Source: an uncultured bacterium (GTDB taxonomy: Bacteria; Verrucomicrobiota; Verrucomicrobiia; Verrucomicrobiales; DEV007). Taken from it: a DNA stretch of 64,000 nt. How positions within the stretch are numbered: position 1 is the stretch's first letter; each line of letters starts with the position of its first letter. A program made the translations under genes and the position numbers. Below the pieces are notes generated by a model. That model worked only from the letters and a program-made list of their open reading frames with translations. It made no database searches and was not told the origin of the DNA. The stretch lies in contig CAXBMO010000006.1 in NCBI GenBank assembly GCA_963977015.1, forward strand, positions 192,001 to 256,000, given 5' to 3'. Shown here piece by piece: positions 1 through 10,900 of this stretch.

Positions 1-12
1 GACGGTGGCGAC

Positions 13-3000
13 ATGACCTTTTTCGGCAATTCAACCGCAGCCGTTACCAACCTCGGCACGATCAACGCCATCGATGGCGGCGACATTTTCCTCATCGCCC
101 GTGAAGTCCGCAACGCCGGAACCCTCAACGCGCCCGAAGGCACTGTCGGGATGGCCGCCGGCTCCGAAGTCGTCATCGCAGCCGAGGGCGAGGAGCGCAT
201 TCTCATCACGCCCGATGGGCAGAACGCGTCCGTCACCAACGAAGGCGTGGTCCGCGCCGCGACTGCCGAACTCAAAGCCGCGGGCGGCAATCCCTACGCC
301 CTCGCCATCAACAACACCGGCCTGGTTCGCGCCACCAAGTTCCAAAATCGCGGCGGTAAGCTCTACCTCTCGGCTTCCGGCGGCCGCATCGTCAATTCCG
401 GATCGTTGCGGGCCAGCTCCAGCGTCTCGATTCGCCAAACCGGCCAGTCGGGCGATGTCGAAATCGGCGGTTCGGCCACCGCCCAGGATGAAATCACCGG
501 GAACGGCGGAGAGGTCGAGATTTCCGGCCCCAACGTCGCGCTGTTGCCCGGTTCCAGCGTTAACGCATCGGGCAATGAGGCCGGGCAAGTCGCGATTCGG
601 GCCACCGTCATCGGCGGCAAGACGCAAATCGGTGGCTCGGTGGCCGCATCAGCCTCGGCCGGCGATGGCGGACTGGTCAGCGTCACTGGTGAAACGATCG
701 AAGTCAGCCCGACCGGGCGGATCGAGGCAAACGGCGCGCAAAACGGCGGTCTCCTCATGCTCGGCGTCAATCCAGCCGCTCCCTCCACCGAAATTCCGAC
801 GAATTCCGCTGCGCTCGCTGCGAGTTCGCTCCTTTCCGCCAACGGCGGCGCAGGAAACGGGGGCGATGTCCTCCTTTTCGGAACCGGCGATGGCGAAATG
901 TCGCTCGGCGGCATGATTCGAGTCAATGGCGGGGGCGGAAACGGGGGCCAAATTGTCGCGATCGGCGGGGACATCACGGTTCAGCCGACCGCTTTGCTTC
1001 AGGCCAACGGAGAAATTGACGGCGGCTTCATCCAACTGGAAGGCGAAGGCGATGTCATCGTTGGCGGCCGCGTCGATGCGGCTGGAGCGGAGGGAAGCGG
1101 CGGCAGAATCGCGCTCGTCGGTGAAAACGTCACCCTCACCCAGACCGGCGTGATCGATGCGGGCGGTGAGACGGATGGCGGCTTCGTCTCGATACAAGGC
1201 GGCGAGGACGGAATTGTCTCCGTAGCCGGTCAAATTCGCGCGATCGGCCAAACTGGGGATGGCGGGATGATCCAAATCAACGGCGGCGACGTCGTTGTCG
1301 CGCAAACCGGCCTTCTCGATGTCTCGGGCGGCGCGAACGGCGGCTTCATCCAGGTCGAAGCGCAAAACAACGCCACCTTCAACGGCACGGCGCGTGCAAT
1401 CGGCGGCTCCGGCGATGGTGGCGTGGTGGAAGTTCTGGGCGAAAACGTGACGCTCGGCTCGACCGCGTTGATCGATGCCTCGGGCGGCGTCAACGGCGGC
1501 CAGGTGTTCGTCGGCGGCGGGCGCAAAGGCCGGGACCCGAATCGACGCAACGCGCAAAACACCACCGTGGCGAACGGCGCGCGGATCGTCGCGAACGGCG
1601 GTGAGGCGGGTGGTGAAGTGGTCCTCTGGGCCGATGGCGCGATGGATTTTCGGGGGAGTGTTGTAGCGGAAGATACCAAATCTTCCGGCAGTGGCTCTGA
1701 AACGTCGGAATTTTTCGCAAATTCCGCTACGGGCGAAGGCAGCGGCGGTTTCGTGGAAGTCTCCGGCCTCGAATACCTCAATTTCGCCGGCCACGTCGAT
1801 ACCGGGGGCGGCCAGCTGCTGCTGGATCCGTTCAACTACACCATCGGCGCGGCGGAAGCCGGAGCCATCGTCGCGGCGCTGGCCAACAACAACGTCACCA
1901 TCGACACGACGCAAGACGTCGGCGCGCAGGGCTCCAGCGGCAACGCGGCCGACACCGGGATCATCACCGTCAACTCCAACCTATTCTACGATTCGCCCAA
2001 CGACCTGACCTTCCTCGCGATGGCCGATCTCATCTTCAACGCCAGCGTCCAGAACCGCAACGACACGGATGGCGACATCAACCTCGTCGCCGGCTGGGAT
2101 GGGACTACGGCTTACAACACGGCCACCTTCGCAGCGGAAGATGTGACCAACACCACCGTCTTCGGCAACAACATGGGTTCCGTCTTCATCGGCACCGGCA
2201 ATCAGACTCAAGGCATCGCCGTCGGCAGCCGTAGCGGAGCGACGAATGCGTTCGGTTACGACGTGAATGTGCTGGGCGCGACCAACAGCGATGGCGATTC
2301 CGGAACGACCGGGGACAATACCCGCTTCGGTCACCTGGGCTTCCGAATCACCAATGGAACCAGCCTGGATGGGACCAATCTGGGCTCCAATGCCATCGTG
2401 GACGGCGACATCACCATCCACGCCATGAATAGCCTGTCCGCCATCGCGGGCAATGACGTCGATAATTATGCGAAGGTGGGTCACGTCGGTCCCGACCGGA
2501 GCGGGGATCGCGCCACCCCTGAAGCGGCCGCGAGTTCGGACATTGAGATCAGCACGGGAGGCGACATCGATTTCCGGGGTGGTTCAGGTATCAGCGCGAC
2601 GGCCCAGCTTGGCCAGGGAGGGGACGCCGCGAATGGCAATTTCACCGGAACGATCACCATCACAAGAGCCGGTGATCTCAACTTCTTGGCCGGAGATGGC
2701 AGCGCCGCCTACGTGCAACTGGGCAATGGAGGCTTTGCTCCCACTGGTTCAAGCGATCCCGTAGGCAACAAGAGCGGGACGATCCTGATTCTGGACGTGA
2801 ACGACATCCTCTTCATGGGCGGCGGGGGGAGAAACAGCTACACGCATCTCGGCAATGGCGGCCGGGCGGCCCGCGGGAACAATAGCGGCGACGTCACCAT
2901 TGTCAGCGCCAACGACATCATCTTTCAGGCGGGGACCGGGGATTTCTCCACGGCTTCGTTCGGCCAGCACGGGGGAAACGGCACGACGAACAACAGTGGG

Positions 3001-4569
3001 TCCGCAACCATCACTCGCGCTAGGGACATCCGCTTCATCGGAGGGAGCGGGATCGCGGCGTACGCCCATCTGGGTCAGGAATCCGGTTCGAGCGGCAACC
3101 AGAGCGGGGACGTGACCATCGGTAGCATCCGGGATCTGACCCTTCAGGGGGGCAGCGGTACGGGCAGCTACGTCAGACTGGGCCAGGGAGGCGCCGACAG
3201 TGGGCCCCACAGTGGGACCATTGAGATCGGCAGCGCCAGGGACATTTCTCTGCTCGGTGGCGCCGGATCAGATACGCTCGCCCTGATCGGGCACGGCAGC
3301 GATGAATCGTCCAATGGTCACGGGAGCATCTCGATCGGCTCCGCCCAGGATATCAGCCTCCTCGCCGGGGCGGGAGGCGCCCACGCCCAGATCGGGCACC
3401 TGGGCGTGGGCGCCCACAGCGGAGATGTCATGATTGGCCAGGTGAATGACGTCACGCTTCGCACGACGAATGATGAAGCCGAAGCTCGGATCGGGCATCA
3501 GTCCGGCGGCGTCACCGGGAACATTTCGATTCAGTCGGCTCGGGACATCGAACTCGACGCCAGCCAGACGACTCACGGGACTGCCCAGATCGGTCATGGA
3601 GGAAGCGGCGATCAGGGCGGCGACATCCTCATTGAGCGGGCCCGGAACCTGAGGGTCGCAGCAGGGGTGGGATCGACCAGGACCCAGTCGAAGAAAGGAA
3701 CCTCGTTCACCGTTCAGAACCCCAGCAACGCGAGCGTCGGTCATGGAGGAGGCAACGGGGATTCGGCAGCGAATGCGTCGGGCGAAATCACCGTCAACCT
3801 GACCGAAGATCTGGAAATGACGGCGACGACGCCCAACGTGGCGGGAACCCCACGCATCGGTCACAAAGCCGTCACCACGGTCAGTCGGGATATCACTGTG
3901 GAAGTTGGCGGTGACGCGACGCTTTCGCCCGAAGCCGTCATTGGCCATGTCCTCCAGCCAAGAGTCAGGGATATCGTGGACGGAACCTATGACAGTGGTG
4001 ATACGGATCTTCGCGTGGACGGCATCCTCACCGCCCGGGCGGGCGCACAGTTTGCCAGCTCCCCGAATGGAATGCTCAACGTGCAGGTCCCCAACCCGGC
4101 CAGCTTCCAGGCCGAAGCCGGAGTGCTCTTCAACGACCTGCCCTTCGGCGGCCCCGGCAGCCCGCTCCCCGGTGAATTACTGATTGTCCCTTTCGGTGGT
4201 GCAGGCGGCGGTGGAGATCCGCTTCCGAAGATGGGGAACCGCCCGACGACAAAGGACATTCCGCCGAGCCCCGCCACGGGCGGTGGTGGAACGATCTTCG
4301 TGGAAGAAGCGGGAGGCCAATTGCCGCCGCTCCTGCGCCCTTTCGATCCGGTTTTCGAGCAGGAATCTTTTGGTTTCGACAACCCGGTGGAGTTCGTTCC
4401 CGGGTTGGATGACGACTCGGTGAGGCTCATCCCCGACACGTTCGTTCCACCCCCAGATCCGCAAACCACCCCCGAAACCGGTTCCGGCCCCGAGTTGTTG
4501 CCCGAGGAAGGCATGCAACAGAGCCTGAGCAGCGGCGAAGAGAAGGAAGAAACGGAGGCGGACGAATGA
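13..4569 (+). CDS. Filamentous haemagglutinin-like two-partner secretion exoprotein (TpsA), 5' end probably outside window
   Basis: TPS-domain-like start (VTNLGTINAIDGGDIFLIAREVRNAGTL), many Gly/Asn-rich beta-helix repeats, GGFVEVSG and LLLDP motifs, directly upstream of a TpsB gene; reading frame open to the window edge. Confidence 0.85.
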   Translation: MTFFGNSTAAVTNLGTINAIDGGDIFLIAREVRNAGTLNAPEGTVGMAAGSEVVIAAEGEERILITPDGQNASVTNEGVVRAATAELKAAGGNPYALAINNTGLVRATKFQNRGGKLYLSASGGRIVNSGSLRASSSVSIRQTGQSGDVEIGGSATAQDEITGNGGEVEISGPNVALLPGSSVNASGNEAGQVAIRATVIGGKTQIGGSVAASASAGDGGLVSVTGETIEVSPTGRIEANGAQNGGLLMLGVNPAAPSTEIPTNSAALAASSLLSANGGAGNGGDVLLFGTGDGEMSLGGMIRVNGGGGNGGQIVAIGGDITVQPTALLQANGEIDGGFIQLEGEGDVIVGGRVDAAGAEGSGGRIALVGENVTLTQTGVIDAGGETDGGFVSIQGGEDGIVSVAGQIRAIGQTGDGGMIQINGGDVVVAQTGLLDVSGGANGGFIQVEAQNNATFNGTARAIGGSGDGGVVEVLGENVTLGSTALIDASGGVNGGQVFVGGGRKGRDPNRRNAQNTTVANGARIVANGGEAGGEVVLWADGAMDFRGSVVAEDTKSSGSGSETSEFFANSATGEGSGGFVEVSGLEYLNFAGHVDTGGGQLLLDPFNYTIGAAEAGAIVAALANNNVTIDTTQDVGAQGSSGNAADTGIITVNSNLFYDSPNDLTFLAMADLIFNASVQNRNDTDGDINLVAGWDGTTAYNTATFAAEDVTNTTVFGNNMGSVFIGTGNQTQGIAVGSRSGATNAFGYDVNVLGATNSDGDSGTTGDNTRFGHLGFRITNGTSLDGTNLGSNAIVDGDITIHAMNSLSAIAGNDVDNYAKVGHVGPDRSGDRATPEAAASSDIEISTGGDIDFRGGSGISATAQLGQGGDAANGNFTGTITITRAGDLNFLAGDGSAAYVQLGNGGFAPTGSSDPVGNKSGTILILDVNDILFMGGGGRNSYTHLGNGGRAARGNNSGDVTIVSANDIIFQAGTGDFSTASFGQHGGNGTTNNSGSATITRARDIRFIGGSGIAAYAHLGQESGSSGNQSGDVTIGSIRDLTLQGGSGTGSYVRLGQGGADSGPHSGTIEIGSARDISLLGGAGSDTLALIGHGSDESSNGHGSISIGSAQDISLLAGAGGAHAQIGHLGVGAHSGDVMIGQVNDVTLRTTNDEAEARIGHQSGGVTGNISIQSARDIELDASQTTHGTAQIGHGGSGDQGGDILIERARNLRVAAGVGSTRTQSKKGTSFTVQNPSNASVGHGGGNGDSAANASGEITVNLTEDLEMTATTPNVAGTPRIGHKAVTTVSRDITVEVGGDATLSPEAVIGHVLQPRVRDIVDGTYDSGDTDLRVDGILTARAGAQFASSPNGMLNVQVPNPASFQAEAGVLFNDLPFGGPGSPLPGELLIVPFGGAGGGGDPLPKMGNRPTTKDIPPSPATGGGGTIFVEEAGGQLPPLLRPFDPVFEQESFGFDNPVEFVPGLDDDSVRLIPDTFVPPPDPQTTPETGSGPELLPEEGMQQSLSSGEEKEETEADE

Positions 4570-4646
4570 AGACACCCCAAGCGCTGATTTCCGGGTTGCT
4601 TCATCCTCCCGCATCGTTAACAATCCGCCAACACTCACAAACATCC

Positions 4647-4674
4647 CAATCCGCCCTGGTGGATTGACCTTTTT
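4647..4674 (+). terminator. Putative intrinsic terminator between tpsA and tpsB
   Basis: Hairpin CAATCCGCC-CT-GGTGGATTG followed by ACC-TTTTT. Confidence 0.4.
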
Positions 4675-4719
4675 AGAAACCTTCCAAGGTACGTTCACGC
4701 GCACCCTCAACCTAGCCTT

Positions 4720-6492
4720 GTGAAACACTGTCTGCCCACGCACACGCCGGGCCGCTTTCGAATTGCGGTCCTCTTATTCTCGTTTTTCTCCACTGCCGGG
4801 ATGATCTCGGCGCAGGATATCGAACGCCTGAAACCACGCGTTCCCGAGGTCGAGGCGACCGCACCGGTTGCCGAGGTTGCGGATTCGGACGCGGGTGGCT
4901 CGCCAGCAAGCGCTGACGACGAGGTTTTGGGCACGATTCACGGCATCACTTTGATCGGCCATCCGGATCTGGCCTCGAAAGACACGCCGCCAAACGTGAA
5001 AGGCGTCGAGGTTCTGGACGAGGAGTTGGTCGCGCCCGAAAGCGTGCTCACGGCGCTGGAACCGTTCATCGGCGGCCCGCTGAGCGTGAAAACGATCCAG
5101 GATTTGAGCCAAACCACGGTGAAAGCCTACCGCGAGGCGGACATGCCGGTGGTCGATGTCGGGTTCCCCGAGCAAAACGTGAGCACGGGCGTCCTGCAGC
5201 TCGTCGTCGTGGTCGGCAAAGCGGGGGAAATCACGGTGGAAGGCAATCAACACTTCAAAGACCGGATTTACCTGCGCAGTTTCCGCACCCAAACCGGCGA
5301 TGTGTTGCGGCAGAGCGTGGTGTTGGAGGACCTGAAGTATCTCAACCGCAGCCGTTACCGCCAGGTCCGCGCCAACTACACGCCGGGCGAGGATTTTGGG
5401 GAGGCGGACGTGGTTTTGGAGGCGGAGGAGCGTTTCCCCTTCAGCGCCTACGCCGGTTACGAGGATACGGGCAACGAGTTGATCGGCATCGACCGGCTGC
5501 TTTTCGGGTTGGAATGGGGCAATGTGTTCGGTTGGGACCACAGCCTGGCCTATCAATACACCACGGTGACCGAATTTGACGGGTTGCACGGCCATGCCTG
5601 GATTTACCGCATTCCGATTCCGCGCTGGCGTCACGAATTCCGCGTTTTGGGTGCCTACGTGACCTCCGACGCCTCGTTTCAAGCGGCGGGCGAGACCCTG
5701 AACACCGGTGGCCAAAGCGTCCAGATTACTCCGGCCTACATCATCCCGCTGCCGGATTTGTTCGGCTACGAGCAAGAGTTGAGCGCCGCGTTCGATTTCA
5801 AGAGCACGAACAACGACCTGGAATTCGGCGGCGCGCAGGTGATTGATTCGACCGCGGAGGTGTCTCAGTTCTCGCTCGGTCAAACCCTGACGAAAACCAC
5901 CAAACTCGGCCGTCAGTTGATTAGCAACCGGCTGGTGTGGAGTCCCGGCGAGCTGAGCAACCACAACAGCGACGATGCGTTCCAGGAACTGCGCGGCCTG
6001 GGGTCGGCGGATTATTTCTACTGGAGCGGCGAGTTCACCCAGGTCATCGACCTGCCGCAAGGATTCACTTTTGTGGGCGATTTGGAAGCGCAACTCAGCA
6101 CGCAAAATCTTTTGCCGAGCGAGACGCTGGTTCTGGGCGGGGCGACCTCGGTCCGTGGCTTCGAGCAAAACATCACCCGGGCCGATCAGGGGCTGATTTT
6201 GAACCTGGAGCTGTATTCGCCGGTGATTCGCCCGCTGGAAATGGTGGGAATCGATCAAGCCAACGACCGTTTCCGGGCTTTCGCGTTTTTCGACTACGCG
6301 ACCGCGAGCAACGTCAATCTACTCCCCGGCGAGGGAGATGGGATTCACCTGGGCGGAGCGGGATTGGGCCTGGACTACCAACTCTTCCAGCATCTCAGTC
6401 TCCGCGCGGCCCATGCCTGGCAGGTGAGCCAAAGCGGGTTTGAGGACGACCAAAACGCGCGCTGGCACTTGTCTGGGACGGTAAGGTGGTGA
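4720..6492 (+). CDS. ShlB/FhaC/HecB-family TpsB outer-membrane transporter
   Basis: Signal peptide, POTRA-like region (YREADMPVVDVGFPEQNVSTGVLQL), Omp85 motif GGATSVRGF, C-terminal aromatic beta-strand ending in W. Confidence 0.9.
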   Translation: MKHCLPTHTPGRFRIAVLLFSFFSTAGMISAQDIERLKPRVPEVEATAPVAEVADSDAGGSPASADDEVLGTIHGITLIGHPDLASKDTPPNVKGVEVLDEELVAPESVLTALEPFIGGPLSVKTIQDLSQTTVKAYREADMPVVDVGFPEQNVSTGVLQLVVVVGKAGEITVEGNQHFKDRIYLRSFRTQTGDVLRQSVVLEDLKYLNRSRYRQVRANYTPGEDFGEADVVLEAEERFPFSAYAGYEDTGNELIGIDRLLFGLEWGNVFGWDHSLAYQYTTVTEFDGLHGHAWIYRIPIPRWRHEFRVLGAYVTSDASFQAAGETLNTGGQSVQITPAYIIPLPDLFGYEQELSAAFDFKSTNNDLEFGGAQVIDSTAEVSQFSLGQTLTKTTKLGRQLISNRLVWSPGELSNHNSDDAFQELRGLGSADYFYWSGEFTQVIDLPQGFTFVGDLEAQLSTQNLLPSETLVLGGATSVRGFEQNITRADQGLILNLELYSPVIRPLEMVGIDQANDRFRAFAFFDYATASNVNLLPGEGDGIHLGGAGLGLDYQLFQHLSLRAAHAWQVSQSGFEDDQNARWHLSGTVRW

Positions 6493-6599
6493 GCGAACAG
6501 CGGGGCCGGTAGCGGAGGGCGTTTCGATCGCAGGTTGGGAGCCATCCAAGACCCGAAACCTGGGCTCCGTCCAACGCATCAGCCCCTGTAACCGGTCAC

Positions 6600-6640
6600 C
6601 AGATTCTGTGATTTCTCAGCTGGATTGTTGCGGCCGACGG
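6600..6640. repeat. 41-bp imperfect direct repeat, copy 1 (copy 2 at 12150-12190)
   Basis: cagattctgtgatttctcagctggattgttgcggccgacgg versus cagattcggtcgtttttcagctagattgctgcggccgacgg: 35/41 identical. Confidence 0.8.
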
Positions 6641-6660
6641 GCACCAGCTTTTCAATTCGA

Positions 6661-7932
6661 TCAACCCGCCATTTCCAATCCCGCCAGGGTTCCGGTTCCG
6701 CTGGCGAATTTGTCCGCCTCGATCCCGAGCCGCTGAAGCATGCTGACGAATAACCTGGGCAATGCCTCATTGCGCGCCTGGTCGAATGCCAGATGTTGAC
6801 CATGTTTGAATCCGCCTCCGGCGAGCAGGATGGGCATGTTCTTCGTGTCGTGATTGTTCCCGTTGCCGAGGTTGCTGCCGTAAAGAACCATCGTCCGGTC
6901 CAGCAGCGGCCGGCCCCCGTCGTTGGTATCGCGGAGGCGCTTGAGCAGGCCGCCGAACGCCCGGAACTGGGCCAGTTCCAGATTCATGAGTTCCTTCAGC
7001 TTGTCCTCGCGCCCGACATGGTGGGAGAGGTTGTGGCTCTCGGTCGAGACGCCGGGGATGTGCGCCGAAAAGCCGTCGAGCTTGATGAGGAGGCTGATGA
7101 GGCGGGTCGAATCGGTCGCGAGCGCGAGGTGGATGAGGTCGTAGATCGTGGTGAGTTTGTCAGGGAGATACTCCGCGTCCGTCAGCGGTGGGACATCGAC
7201 CTTTGGCTTGGGTCTACGCTCCCATTCCTCGGCGATCTCCAGCCTGCGCTCGACTTCGCGGACCGAGGTAAAGTACTGGTCGAGTCGCTCCTTGTCGGCT
7301 TGGCCGAGCTTCTGTTGAAGCTCAGTCGCACGATGGGCGACGGTGTCCAGAATGCTGCGCCCGACGCGAAGATCATGAATCTGACGCTCGATCTCGGCCT
7401 CGGCGCCGGCAAAGAAGAGTGTCTTGAAAACGGCGGCCGGGCTGTTCTCTGCCGGGATCATCACGCCGCTGGAGGTGAAGGAGAGCGATTGATTCGTGCG
7501 CCTTTTGGCGACGACCAGCGGTAGGGCCGAGACCCGGGTTTGCTCCCCAATGTGGTCAGCCGCGAACTGGTCCAACGAGATGGAGTTGCGAAACGAAGCC
7601 GAGCCCGGGTGGGGGGCCGCGGTGAGGAACGTGGCCTCCGCAGAGTGGCCGCCGGTGACATTGGGATGCGAGCAACCGGAAATGACGGTGAAGTCGTCGC
7701 GGTAGTCGGCCAGCGTTTGGAGATAGGCGGGCAGGGCGTAGTCGGGGCCGCTCTGTTCGGGCACGAAGTGGCGGCTGAGGATGCCGAGATTCGTGTTGAT
7801 CGCGACGATCCGGCGGGGGACATCGCCAGCCGCTGCCGAAGCGCGCGCCGGGAGCATTGCCTCCAGAAACGGCAGGCCGAGTGCGACACCGGAGGCGCGG
7901 AGGAAGGTTCGGCGGTTGAGTGGGGTCTTCAT
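6661..7932 (-). CDS. DUF1552 domain protein (Tat-like leader)
   Basis: LNRRTFLRASGVALGLPFLEAM leader, SISLDQFAA, LDQYFTSVREVERRL, GNNHDTKNMPILLAGG; typical partner of DUF1592 proteins. Confidence 0.9.
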   Translation of the reverse strand: MKTPLNRRTFLRASGVALGLPFLEAMLPARASAAAGDVPRRIVAINTNLGILSRHFVPEQSGPDYALPAYLQTLADYRDDFTVISGCSHPNVTGGHSAEATFLTAAPHPGSASFRNSISLDQFAADHIGEQTRVSALPLVVAKRRTNQSLSFTSSGVMIPAENSPAAVFKTLFFAGAEAEIERQIHDLRVGRSILDTVAHRATELQQKLGQADKERLDQYFTSVREVERRLEIAEEWERRPKPKVDVPPLTDAEYLPDKLTTIYDLIHLALATDSTRLISLLIKLDGFSAHIPGVSTESHNLSHHVGREDKLKELMNLELAQFRAFGGLLKRLRDTNDGGRPLLDRTMVLYGSNLGNGNNHDTKNMPILLAGGGFKHGQHLAFDQARNEALPRLFVSMLQRLGIEADKFASGTGTLAGLEMAG

Positions 7933-10900
7933 GGATGGATGGTTTGTTCAAGAAACAAGGGGCTTGTCACGACCGCCTCGATCAGCGAGCGTACGCCGTG
8001 GCCTGAATCGGCCGTCTCACGAACGATTTCGTCGATCGCCGCGCGATCCGAAAAGCGGTAGCCCTTGCCGGTCGCATAAATCAGGAGCTGCCGGGCCAGA
8101 TTGCGAGCCAACGACCTTTCATCAGCCAGAAGCAACTCGCGCAGCCCGACCACGTCGTCGAAGGCACCGCCGTCCGGCAGTTGGCCACTGGCATCGACGG
8201 CTCCTCCCAGACGGATCGGTTTGCGATCGCCGCGCGCGGTGAGGACACTGACATGCGGCTCAAGTTGCTTGACGCGATCCTTGCCCTCGCCAACCCAAAC
8301 CATCTTCGGCCGCCCGCTGCCTCGGTAGTTATTGCGCCAACCGCCGATCACATCGAAATTCTCCAGCGCCATGCCGGGCGGGTCCATGATTTTGTGACAA
8401 CTGGCGCAGGACGCATCGGCGCGATGGGCTTCGATCATTTCGCGAATCGTCACCGCGCCGGTCGCATCCGGTTCAACCGCCGGGATATTCGGCGGGGGCG
8501 GGCGCAGCGGGATCCCCAGAATCCGCTCCGTGACCCAGACGCCGCGCAACACGGGGGAGGTCGCGGTTCCGTTGGCCGTGACCTTCAAGACCGAGGCCTG
8601 CGTCAGGAGCCCGCCCCGGGGGCTCTCGCGTGGTATCTTCACCTCGCGCAGTTGGCCTCCTGCGACGCCGCGAATGTCGTAGAGTTCGGCAAGGCGTTGG
8701 TTGATGAGAACGAAGTCCGAATCGACGATGTGACCAACGCTGCGGTTCTCGGTGATGAGCTTGCGGAAGTAAGCCCTCGTCTCGGCCAGCATTGAGTCGC
8801 GCAGCCACGGATCAAATTCCGGGTAGAGCTGGGGATCGGGCGTGGTGAAGTCGATGTCTTTCAGCTCAAGCCATTCGTCGAGAAAGTGCTCGATGAAGCG
8901 ATCCGATCGCGAATCGTCCAACATGCGCGTCACCTGAGCGCGCAAGGTGTCTGGCTTCGTCAATTCGCCAGATGACGCCAAACGCAGCAACTCGTCATCC
9001 GGCAGCGAGTTCCAGAGGAAATACGACAGCCTCGAGGCCAATGCCCTGTCCCCCTCCAGCCCGAGAAAGAGAAAATCCGGCGCGCAGAGAATCGCTTTGT
9101 AACCCGCGATCATCGCGTCCTTGAAACGTTCGCCCGCCAGCAGCTGCTGATCGACGATGGTGCGATACGGTTCGATATCAGCCTGTGCAACCGGTCGGCG
9201 AAAGGCGCGGGTGGCGAAGTCGGCGAGCATCTCGGAGGTATCCGGGGAACGCAGGTCCGGTTCGATCAACTTCACCGGCACGATCTCCACGCCGCTCACA
9301 CCGAGATTGCGATCCGCCTTCGTCTTCTCATCAAAAAAATCGTTGGGAAACCGCACGCCGATCATCGCGGCGCCCGCGCTTTGAATCTCGAACGTCCGGC
9401 GGATCGTCTGCGGTTCGGCACGGCCGGCTTCGATCTTGAAACGTCCGTGGGGCATCTCGCGCCCGTTCAGCATCGTCCAAAGTTGAGCCGGCTCGTCACC
9501 CGCCGGAGTTTGAAACGCGGTAACGCGTAGTTCATAGGTTCCCGGTTTGGGAAAATTCACCATCGTGGTGATCTCTCCGGGCAGGTTCAGCAACCACTCT
9601 GATTCCAGTGAGTGACCGTCGCCCTCAAACTGTTGATGGGACAATGTCAGGGGATCCGCGCAGGTTGGTTTGCCTTCGATCATGGGACGAGGAAACTTGC
9701 CGATGGGCGTTTCGCCGAACAGCCGTTGCTGGCTGCGTGGCGGCCACGATTCGAGCAGCGGGCCTTCGATCTCGAACCAATCGTAGGCAACCCCCGGGCC
9801 TTCGTAACTTCTAACGCCATTGTGGGCGCCCCCGCCCATCGGCCCCGTCCCCGGCAGCGTCATCGTGTGAAACGACACCTTCTCGCCGGGTTCCAGCCAG
9901 ACGCGGAATTCGTGCTCAGTCGGCTTGAGTGAAGGCGCGTCGAAAAACCCCAACACCTTTCCCTTGAGCGACGCCCGGACGACATGAACCACCTCGGCGT
10001 CGCCATAAAACGCGGTATTCTCCTCGGTTTCGCGCACGACGCGTTCGGGCATCGGGTCGCCGACCCACCCTTGCTTTTCGTCCCGCTTCCAACTCTCGGG
10101 TTTGGGGTTCTGCCAGCCGTGGAACTCGGTGTATTTGCGAATCACACTTCGCACGGCAGGCTCGATCGCGCCCTGATTCCAGCGACAACCCCAGATCGAA
10201 AATCGGACCCGATACCACCCGCCATGTTGCACCCGAAACTTGTCCGGCTGGAGTCCCTGTGGCTGGTGCGCGCCGAATATGCCGCTCAGCACCACCATCG
10301 AATCGGCCTTTCCATCGAACGAGGCGAGGCGGTAGAAGCCGGGATTTTCGACCGGGTGGCCAATGACCTTCGACGTCAGTTCCGGCGCCAGCTTGCCGTC
10401 GCGAATCGGCGCCGCCGAATGAATCCGAATCGCGGAGCGGCCTGTCGCTTGCTCGGCCGCCAAGCCTCGCCAAATCTGGGTTTCCGGCCGCTTCGGTGCC
10501 TCAACGACCGCTTGACGCAGAGCGACGTCGGCTGCGTCGAGGTATTTTCGAATCTGGACATGGGATAGTTCCAGCGCGCCCGGAACTTTGTCGAAGCCGT
10601 GTTGCTGACCATCTTCGGGCAGGACCTCCTTTACGCGCAGCAACGGCAGGGCGAGCAAATCCCGCAAGGTGTGCTCGTACTCCGTCCGGTTCATGCGGCG
10701 CACCAGACCCTTGCCGTCTCGCGTTTCGATCTCACGTTCGGCCGCCAGTAGCTGCCGGCTCAGATTGGCAACGAAGCCATCACGCGCGGCGCTCTCCGGC
10801 TGCGGCTTATTTATCGGCGGCATCTCGCCGGCGCGCACGCGGTCGTGGACCAGCACCCACTTGGCGAGCGTGTCAGGATCGGCGAGATCGCCTGTTAACG

